The notes under the pieces are model-generated. The model ran no database searches and was not told the origin of the DNA. It saw nothing but the letters and a program-made list of their open reading frames with translations. DNA of 64,000 bases from positions 7,998,001 through 8,062,000 of the forward strand of contig NC_047076.1 of the NCBI RefSeq assembly GCF_902459465.1, read 5' to 3'. The stretch is from Asterias rubens (Eukaryota). Below, piece by piece: positions 23,349-32,626 of this stretch. Every line of letters starts with the position of its first letter. Position 1 is the stretch's first letter. The position numbers and the translations under genes are program-made.

Positions 23349-26040
23349 GGGTGATGAAAACCTAGTGCATGCTATGCTGCTCTCACAGAAAAGGCTGTTA
23401 AACCACAAAGCAATGCAACACCTGAAAACCATTAATACAACCCCGTTCGAGGAGGGTTGCTAACTGGGATATAAGTATATCCCAATTGGGATAGTTCATC
23501 TTACAGAGAGAAATTACATTGTAGTTCCCTAATCACCGACACTTTTAGAGTCATCCTTCAAAAGGAAGAATGTAGAATCGGGGGAACAAGCTCTCACTTG
23601 GGGTACATTCAAGTAAACAATCGGCCAAACTATTTTGACGAAGCAACCCCTATTTTCTCCGCCCACAGAGTACATGCACTTTTTCAGTTTTCATATTGAC
23701 AGTTAAAAGTACACTTGCACGCACATAAAACCCCAGTTCAGGGAAGTGTCATTCAAAGAGACACAGCAGTCCATTTCCAACACACATAAGACTGATAGTC
23801 ACAAAAGAAAGGTATCGCAATAATGTAATGTGGGGGTTTTTCTTTCTTTTTATGGTAAATATGTACTTTAGTATGATTGCCACATTGACAGACGATTTAC
23901 TTTATGTATACAGGTGTTTTTCAAAGGGACAGTTTAACCCCGTCTTTTTATTGGAAGAGTAAATTAAGCGGGCTGCAACAAAAATCACTGCAGCACTCAA
24001 CAATGTAGGTCAGTGCTTTAACCTTTACACTGGACCGAGGCCCCGAGGCCAGTGGTTTTAGTATTGGGCCAGTACACTGTTGACCAGACAAGTCCTGCGG
24101 TCTTGTTTATTTTTTAATTTAATATTAATTAATACGGGAATAATTAAAAGGGTAGCGAGGAAAAAGAATTCTGGTCCTGTAAAACAGATTACAGAAATTG
24201 ATTAAAGAAATGAACAATATTAGCAATGTTTTTTGTGCGATAATTATACAGGGTTAAATAAAGGTAACCCTGGTATTAAAAATAATATATAGTAAAATAA
24301 AAGCTTTTCTAAAACGACCCGGTCTTGTGCAATTACATTTTGCAAGAGCTGCACCCTTGATAGTGATAATGAGTTCTAAATTAACTTCCACAGGTGGAGG
24401 TAGCGCCATCTAAATTGCTCCTAAATTAAGGGTCAAGTTGTTAATCAGCCCCCAAAAAACCTGTTGGCAATTTTCTTGTTTGTATACAAAATTTATTACA
24501 TATTTCCGTTGTGCTCTTGGCACCAATAAACCCCGGCAGAGAAACACCGTGACAAAGTGACATTCCAGGTTATTATGCTAAATGTAACCACTGGACAGTT
24601 GACCTGGGGACAAGCTAGTTAAGCCGCTAAAGATGAAAACTTGCTCAGCAGGAAAAGTAAGCCGGAATCAATGACTACCAGCTGAAGTCCAATACTTATC
24701 CATGTATAATTTAAAAGTGGTATCCTGACTGCTGAGCTGGAAAGAGTCACTAAGCCAGAGTTATCCTGAGGATGGAAATCGGTGCTTAGCAAGTTCGTCG
24801 ACACAACAGCTCGGTGAAATTGGACCGTGATCTGAGAACGGCTTCCTGACAGGAAGTCGTTCAGGGTTCACGTCGTGGGTCATTCTCTTCTCTCAGTCGG
24901 ACCCTCCACGTTCACTCTACGGACCGCCCAACGTCCCCGTGATTATTGTTCTTGCGGAAGAACAAAGCGGACGCTCCCCTGGGATGAACTATAAGATGAT
25001 TAGGGGAGGTACTGTTCCTCAAACATTCTTCTCTATGTGTTGGAATTTAGCAATCAAAATTCACACACACAAAACACTGTGATTTGATTATTTTCGAGAA
25101 ACAGAACTGCCCAGTATGGTGTAGCTTTAGCTCACGGGCGGTCATTTTCAGCACTCTGTGTGTACAACCATCCAATGTTTATATATAAACACGGCTTGTA
25201 ATTGTTAATTTCCCATGCTTTTTTCGTAGTTTTAGGGGGTCGCATCCAAACAGGGTTCGAAGCCCTCGATTCAAATCAATTTATTTCTGATGGCTGACTA
25301 AAAGCTAATCTATTTGAAAGAAGTCCTTGAAAATGTCATGGATTAAGATACTCAGAACTAATCATTTCTTTCAACTTGACAATCAACAGTGCCTTTAAAA
25401 CGCCTCTGAAGGTTTGCACAAAAATAAATATACAGATATAAATACAAATGAAAAAAACAGCCTCATCTGCAGTCATTGTTCAAGATTTCGTCATGACAAG
25501 TCCAAAGTAATCAATGGAACCTGCAATTACACAGAATCCACAGAGGCCATGTCCTCTGTTGCCCTTGCTCTTAGACTTGGTGCCCATTGCAATAGTTTAT
25601 ACCCTTTCCAATGGATGTGCCCTTGAGATGGAAATGAACACGGCCTTCCAAAAGTGAAATTCTAGGTCATCAGTGATCTTTCTTCCTATCTGGTAATGAA
25701 AACCCAGAAGCTCATCCAGAAGGGAATATCAATTACAAAAAGCTACCGCAAAGTCACCGTAAAAGCAGAAAACAATTAAGAAGTTATCACTTTTAAATTT
25801 GGCAGGGATTGTATGTAATTAAACAGACACCCAAACTCAGTAATCAAATGATTGGTTTTTAAAGCCCATCTTTTGATTACTGAGTTTTGGTGTCTATTTA
25901 ATTACATGAAGATACGAGAGAAGAAAACACCACGAACACAGGTAGGGACTTGAACTCACATCAACATACCAGGATGTGGTCAAAAGATGGCAATCAAACC
26001 CGGACCCAAAGAATTCCTCCCCCACAGTAGTGTGGGTAGG

Positions 26041-27409
26041 GTCTACGAACGAATACTTACCTGTAGAGCAAATTACTACAATTGCATATTCCCTATGCGC
26101 CGCTAGGTAACACTAAGACTTTTTTTACAACAAGTGCAACAGCGCCCCCCATCGCCCAGTGCACACCGGCGTGACACGCCATGAAGGGCCGACAAAACGG
26201 GCGGCGCCACTGGGCCATGGCCCTGCTCCAACCTGCCCGCCAGGGTGGCGGTCAACGCTTGAAAAGCCTCCATGAAGTCGGCCCGTGAAAGCGAGTCACC
26301 GCGGTGACGTTTGCCCCTGCGGGATTCCCGGGAGGAATCACTGGAGCTCGAAGAGCGCCGTGATCTATTCCCCTTTTTGGCCTTTTTTCCTCGACGGGAA
26401 GAGAGGGCTGGGGTAACCTCCGATGTCCCTTCGGACACGGGTTGCGTCATGGCGATCCCAGAACAACGGGTAAAACCCGAGGATGAGGATGGACCCACCG
26501 AGCGCAGGATACCAGGGGAACCCCAGTTCGCCGGCTCGGCATGAGCAATCTGCCGACCGACCGCCAGCGCGCCCAGCCCAATGGCATGAGCGGCCGGGTT
26601 ACGGTCGGCAAACTCAACCCCGTCCCCCACCATGGCCACCGAGGGAGATTCGGTGGGGCTGGATGGGGAATGGCGCACTGAGACACGTGGAGGGGGGACC
26701 CCCTCCTTCCGCAGTAGGCCAGTGGGTGGCATAGCGGCAGGCGTGGAAGACCCCGGAACGGGGTTTCCTTTGCCTGCCTTATTCTTCTTGGTAACGGCCC
26801 GGGTAGCAGGATTTTTAGTTTTCTTGCTTGTACCCGGGCGTTTACCCTTAGACAGGCTGGACCCTTGTACGCTGACCGACGAGGGGGAACGGGAAATGTT
26901 CCCCCCCGAAGTCAACTGGGTCCACGACCGACGCAGCACGCAGGGGCTGCGAAGGTTGGGAGGACTGTGCCGACGACGGACCGTCAACGGCATAGCCCCC
27001 CGAGGAGTCGAGCTGTCCCGGGGAAAGGGAAGTATCCCCGGTAGCGACAGTGCGACCCCTCCCTGTCTTTCTAGAACTCATTTTATATCAAAGAAAATAA
27101 ATAAAGACGACACACTACACTCTACAAAACACGTCTTTATCAAATACAATAATAATACACAGCTTATCTCTCAAAAGAGACTCGTTCAACGGAAAAGTAA
27201 TAATTTTTAGCGGAGCCTAAAAATTAACGTGTCACCTGTTTGGAGCTAAGAGAGAAAGAGGACGATTGCGCATGGCGTTCGCGCCGGTGTGCACTGGGCG
27301 ATGGGGGGCGCTGTTGCACTTGTAAAAAAAGTCTTAGTGTTACCTAGCGGCGCATAGGGAATATGCAATTGTAGTAATTTGCTCTACAGGTAAGTAGAGT
27401 GACGTAGAC
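26041..27409 (-). mobile_element. 1.37-kb element with ~140-bp inverted terminal repeats and a truncated gag-like ORF (DIRS-like non-autonomous candidate)
   Basis: The ITRs at 26041-26183 and 27271-27409 differ only by a 6-nt outer block, a 3-nt indel and a small inner hairpin loop. The interior is visibly GC/CpG-rich compared with the flanks. There is no long TSD. The class assignment is an inference. Confidence 0.8.
26103..27081 (-). pseudogene. Frameshifted, 3'-truncated low-complexity ORF (gag/ORF1-like) of the ITR element
   Basis: ORF MSSRKTGRGR... (27081) joins the 296-aa frame if one G is removed from a G7 run at ~26901-26907 (VDFGG|NISRSPSS). The product is S/P/R/K-rich with the helix LSRADFMEAFQALTATLAGRL; it reads into the ITR and stops at 26103. 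Confidence 0.6.
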
Positions 27410-27571
27410 TAAAAAGATTAATAACTAGTCATTCTGATCTCCATGTTGCACATTCCATCAGCGGGTGTAGTGACCCCAACCTAACCCCCCAACCCCCACC
27501 CAAACACCCACCCCAAACCAAAACCCCTCTCTGGCCGTCACGAGTGAATTAGGTTCAGGCAATCTTCTAAA

Positions 27572-27915
27572 AGAGAGCACCAAATTCAAGTTCTGGTGGT
27601 TAAGTCATATGAGTATGGGTTCCAATCCCTGTCATGACACTTGTGTCCTTGAGCAAGATACTCTACTATAATTGCTTCTCTTCACCCAGGGGTATAAATG
27701 GGTACCTGCTAGGGTAGCAATTGATACTGTTGAGAAACACTTTTTACAGACCCAAGCATCAACCCAAGAGTTACCAAATGTTTCCATTGTTTTACCTCAG
27801 CAATGTGGCCAATGCAAGGAGTTTTATTGAATACAGCGCAGCTCTGTGCTTGAAAAACTAATTAGTAGTCAACAATGCTCCAAATTTGTTACCGCATTAA
27901 GGCGCTCTCAAACAT
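27572..27915 (+). mobile_element. Second copy of the CORE/Meta-like tRNA SINE
   Basis: AATTCAAGTTCTGGTG...GGGTTCCAATCCC.GTCATGACACTTGTGTCCTTGAGCAAGA..CT.TACTATAATTGCTTCTCTTCACCCAGGGGTATAAATGGGTACCTGC matches the reverse complement of 19580-19720. Confidence 0.85.
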
Positions 27916-28048
27916 GTACCACTTCCAGGGGGTATATTCATTCATACACAAAACAGTTATTAAAGACTGGAACAAAAGTGGCAGAACGCCAATTAAAACT
28001 GTGCAGGGTGAACGGCGTGTACCCCGGAAGTAATAACAATACTATTGA

Positions 28049-28705
28049 ATCCCACCCGAGTAACATGCCTATGTTATTTTTTCACAGGACTCAGGAAAGT
28101 ACTGAGTATACAGTGCTAACACACATCGGTGTATGGGTAACAACCAAAATTAATATTCTTTATCCCCGATGCAAATTTAACATCTATTATATCGTTGCGG
28201 TACCCGCTGCCAAAACATAGGATTCGAACTGCCTCTAGCTGCCGGGCAACCTCGGTAGTCTAGTTGGTAAGACACTGCTCTAGAATTGCAAGGGTCCTGG
28301 GTTCGAATCCCACCCGAGTAACATGCCTGTGATATTTTTTCACAGGACTCGGGAAAGTACTGAGTATACAGTGCTAACACACATCGGTGTATGGGTAAAA
28401 ACCAAAATTAATATTCTTTATCCCCGATGCAAATTTAACATCTATTATATCGTTGCGGTACCCGCTGCCAAAACATAGGATTCGAACTGCCTCTAGCTGC
28501 CGGGCAACCTCGGTAGTCCAGTTGGTAAGACACTGCTCTAGAATTGCAAGGGTCGTGGGTTCGAATCCCACCCGAGTAACATGCCTGTGATATGTTTTCA
28601 CAGGACTCGGGAAGTACCGAGTATACAGTGCTAACACACATCGGTGTATGGGTAAAAACCAAAATTAATATTCTTTATCCCCGATGCAAATTTAACATCT
28701 ATTAT
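28049..28705 (+). mobile_element. Tandem array (~2.55 x 258 bp) of tRNA-containing repeat T1, flanked by an 11-bp TSD
   Basis: GCGGTACCCGCTGCC at 28197 and 28455; tRNA-like segments at 28251-28318 and 28509-28576 (A box TAGTC.AGTTGG, B box GGGTTCGAATCCC); AATACTATTGA at 28038-28048 and 28706-28716. Confidence 0.92.
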
Positions 28706-29915
28706 AATACTATTGAGAGCGCCCTCACGCAGTCAAAAGTATGGCAAATTCAACAAAATTGCGTCCATTCACCCCTTCCTACACCCTGACTTCCATTCCA
28801 GACAAATTACAACAACACTTTTGTAACATTTATACTTGCACGTGTGGCAATGTTCACATATGTCCTTACTAACTAAAAGTGATCTCTTTATAAATGAAGT
28901 TGTCCTTGATCTGTCACTTTGCACAATCCCCAAAAATATCGAGTTCGAAAAGTTCAACTCCTCCAACTCATGATGGCACGCAAAAAAATTTCACCGCAAG
29001 ATCATTACAAAATAAAGTGTGATGACAAATGCTTATATTCTCGTTGCTGTGCTACCTTGTTTCCCAAGAAAACAACATCCGTTGGTATTAAGATGCCTAC
29101 GTACCTGTCGTTTCATAACCTCAGATCAACAGACTGTTTTTAGCGACACACCTGTGATGTGCCTAACACATCATAAAAATGCTTCTGTGAAAGTCCCCGC
29201 GCCTTGTCCACATTCCACACGATGAGTTATTACTGTAGTATTTTAAGACTCTTCAAAATTGAAATGACGCTACTTGCTTTGTGAGGAGCTTGATTTTGGA
29301 AGCCAACTGGGGACCATTAATCAATGTGGTGCTGATACAAACTGGTGCTTAAACCAAACTGGCTTACAATACCAGTGGGAAGGGCTGTCTATCCACGCAC
29401 TTGCACCTGTAAATCACAGCTAATTGTGTGTGTATTTAAGACTTCCTTTATCGGATTAGTATACATTTAAGGAGGCTTCCGTTCTGTTGACTTGAAGATG
29501 TGTTCGTCTGAACAATGCAGGAATTTTCTTGAAATTCACTGTCATTAATTTCTTGTTAACGCTACCATCCAAATGTATGCACAATGGTGCCCTGTGCTGC
29601 TGTGGTGCCCCTTGCAAGTTCCAATAACAATTTTCTCATAGAGATGCCCCTTACCTGAGCAAAAATTTCTGTGCCCCTTAAGGGCGCAGTTCAAGGCCCT
29701 TTTTGGGTCTTTGAGCCAAGTCTATAATTGTTTCTCATTGCTCATAAGTAAATAAGTAGCTGCAAGGGTAGACATTGTTGATGTTTATGAATGATGCAAC
29801 TCTTTGGTTGCTCCATACTCCTAAGGAGTTCAGATGGTTTCAGAAATGTTGAGGGCTATAAAAACGATGGTAATAATAGTGTTTGGCGCTTCGCAAACCT
29901 TAATGTACATTTACT

Positions 29916-30260
29916 GATTTGAACTGCCTCTTGCAATTGGGCTAGCTCGATGGTCTTTTAGGTCAACATCTGCTCTAGCAAAATTGTGGGTTCGAATCCC
30001 ACCCAAGTAATTTGCCTTTGGATTTTTGTTCACAGAACTCGGGAAAGTGCTGAGTATACATTGCTTTATAGGCCTACACTGTACATATTGGTGTTAAGGC
30101 CTGGTCCAACTGCAGCGATAACAATAAGGATATGGTAGAATGAGCATGTGCATTTTCTGCGTGGAGCAATTAAACCAATACAATGCATTTTCAGTGCGTC
30201 GTGATATTTATTCTAAAGTTTATTCTTTACCCAATGCAAAAATTAACATCTACTACTTCA
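29916..30260 (+). mobile_element. Diverged T1 monomer split by a ~140-bp insertion
   Basis: GATTTGAACTGCCTCT...GTGGGTTCGAATCCCACCC..CACAGAACTCGGGAAAGTGCTGAGTATACA, resuming at ATTCTTTACCCAATGCAAAATTAACATCTA (~30221). Confidence 0.75.
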
Positions 30261-30453
30261 TTGTTGCAAGGCAACTCCTTGAAGTACTATTCAGACTGCT
30301 TGGTTTTTGAACTGACATGGTTTCTTACAATCCTCAAGATTGCAATATAACTCAACCAACCAGTGAAAGTTTCAAAAAATTAGGAGGTTGATTCTCAGGG
30401 AAAAAAATAACAGTTTGTGTTTTGTCAGGGATTCGAACACCATCATATTTTGA

Positions 30454-30822
30454 TCAAAGGCACCTTTGGTAATTGTCCTAAGGACCAGTGTTCTCACTTG
30501 GTGTTTCCCAACATATGCATAAAAAAATAACAAATCTTTGGAAATGTTGACTCAATTGTTCATCAAAGTTGAAGGAGAGTAAAGAAAGAAAAGACTTACT
30601 ATTGTTGCACAATGTGTGTGCTTTCAGATGCCTAAAAACCTGAAGCCTTTAAATATTTGAGTGAAACATTACCTCTTTCTCAAAGACATCATTATTTCGG
30701 AGGGAGCCGTTTCTCACAATGCTTTATACTATCAACAGCTCTCTTGCTGTACATGTATATCAAGTAAGTTCTAATGCTAACGAATATTTTGAGTAATTAT
30801 GAATAGTGTCCAGTGCCTTTTA
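30454..30822 (+). mobile_element. MITE family A, diverged
   Basis: AAAGGCACC..TTGGTAATTGTC ... ATAGTGTCCAGTGCCTTT with the family core. Confidence 0.8.
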
Positions 30823-32011
30823 CTATTAATCGTGCCTGCCTTTCATGCCTGTACATGTACATGTACCTCTAATTGGCTTGACACGCTCAGGGTTCTTTCA
30901 ATGAAGAAGTGGAGAAGTAGGAGAAGAAAAAAAAGTAGGCTGGTGCAAAAATGATTGAACGGGATGTTGACAAACTCAAGAGTCCTGTGAACGATCGGTG
31001 ATGAACTAGTTGTAAACACTGATCACTTGATGAGGTGAAGAAGTACTAGAAGGCGATGAGAGGCTTTTGAAGAAGATAAATGAGGGTCTTACTGACTCTG
31101 CTCTGACCCGAGACCTACAAATGTACATGTATTTCTTATAGAGCAAGGCCAACTCTTAATAAGCTTTTTAAAACCCTACGAACCCCTCAGAAAATTTGTC
31201 TGAGGGTTGATATTTTTGTACGTATTTGATATTGTTGATTGTTTATTTGGTTTCATGTGGTACCTCTAATGTTTGATCCAGCCCATTATTTTGTCTCTTT
31301 GTTGGGGGCAGGCCTGGTTGGGGTCCATTCGCACACGCAGCAGGGGGTCCCAGGCATAAATATCTGACTATGCTAGATAAGCTAGAGAAGCTAGATAAGC
31401 GCCAGACACAATCTGCTTTATTACAGCAAAGAGGAAGAAGGCTACCAGTCCCCCAAAATGATGGGCTTGGTAACTAATTTCCTGCTCAATTTGTTTTCAG
31501 CACAAACTTGCTAAGCAAAAGTTTCTGTGAAAAAAAAACAATACAAAGGGCAGTATAACAGCCCTCATTTTTGGCAGTTTCACTTTTGCAGCTATTTTGT
31601 ATCGCAAACAAAGTCTTTCAATAGATACTACAGCAATTTGTCATCTAGAAATTTGTTCGCTATTAGCAGTCATTCAGAAGGGACCTAAAGTGTTGACAGG
31701 GTTTAAAGCATGATAAACGAGCCCCTGAAACTATATGTCTTCTGTAAACAAAAGCGGCTGGCCCTGGGTAGGAGTCAGCTGAATCGATGGGACCTTTCAA
31801 TGCTCCAGCCAGGATCTTTAGTTAGACTTGGTATTGACACATTTTTGTAGGGAAATAGTTTGCACAACTGTGTGAGGCTTACACAATGTTAGTGGATAGA
31901 GCTCCATACAATTGCCATTTGTTACTGAGAAAAAGCGATAACCTAGGGCTAATTCGTACATTCTGATTGTAGTGTGGCTACTTACACTTATTAAGGTAAG
32001 TACTCATAAAC

Positions 32012-32457
32012 ATATAGGATTTGAGGCATTTCTCTAAGAGACAGTTCTCTAAGAACAAATTCTACCTTGCAAGTAGATACACACATGCTGTTACCGCAAA
32101 CCAAATACTCATAAACATCAAAACAGTCACTGCTTTGAACAACTAGAGCTTCTGCCATTTTTTATGGCCAATGATCATTTTATATTTGGTTTGCGGTAAA
32201 ACCATGTGTGTATCTACTTGCCAGGTAGAGTTGTTCTTAGAGAACTGTCTTGCTTTATTCTAGTGCCGCGGAGTAGATAAACGGAGGTTCGAAGACTTCT
32301 CAGTTCTGAAAAGAACTGTCCTGCTGTCCCGCGGCAGTAGTGTAAAGCAAGACAGTTCTCTAAGAACAACTCTGCCTGGCAAGTAGATACACACATGGTG
32401 TTACCGCAAACCAAATATACATTGATACCTCACCATGCAATGCCTCAAATCCTATAT
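32012..32457. mobile_element. Foldback element with 19-bp TIR and three alternating ~65-bp units
   Basis: ATATAGGATTTGAGGCATT (32012-32030) and AATGCCTCAAATCCTATAT (32439-32457); the unit GACAGTTCTCTAAGAACAA...GTAGATACACACATG.TGTTACCGCAAACCAAATA is at ~32040 (+), ~32186-32255 (-) and ~32350 (+). Confidence 0.85.
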
Positions 32458-32626
32458 AATGATCATTTTCTTACGCTGCTCCACTTTTTTTTTAATAGTC
32501 TTCCTGTGCATACTCGCCGGGCTAGTTCTTTACACTGCTTTAAGTCTCTGTTCAAAAACTCACTTGTTTGAAGCTGCTTATTTGTAATCTGCTTACTTGT
32601 AATTGTATCTTTCGCTCATTATATAT

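Noticed and set aside
26311-27210. Plus-strand ORFs (77, 83 and 192 aa) in the ITR element
   Set aside because: Most simply antisense shadows of a GC-rich, stop-poor minus-strand ORF.
28230-28260. Superficial likeness of GCCTCTAGCTGCCGGGCAAC to the HDV ribozyme
   Set aside because: The P3 3' strand, a proper P1 and the P2/J4-2 elements could not be fitted; a simple hairpin explains the sequence.
28251-28576. Possible true tRNA genes (also 51898-51965 and the head at ~19670-19742)
   Set aside because: Acceptor and anticodon stems are defective and each sits in a dispersed repeat, so they were scored as tRNA-derived elements.
28049-28705. CRISPR-like array
   Set aside because: The units are whole 258-bp repeats without unique spacers; the context is eukaryotic and there are no cas genes.
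28769-29225. Cys-rich short ORFs (CEHCHTCKYKC and neighbours)
   Set aside because: No recognisable zinc-finger spacing, stops in all frames, and no splice signals.
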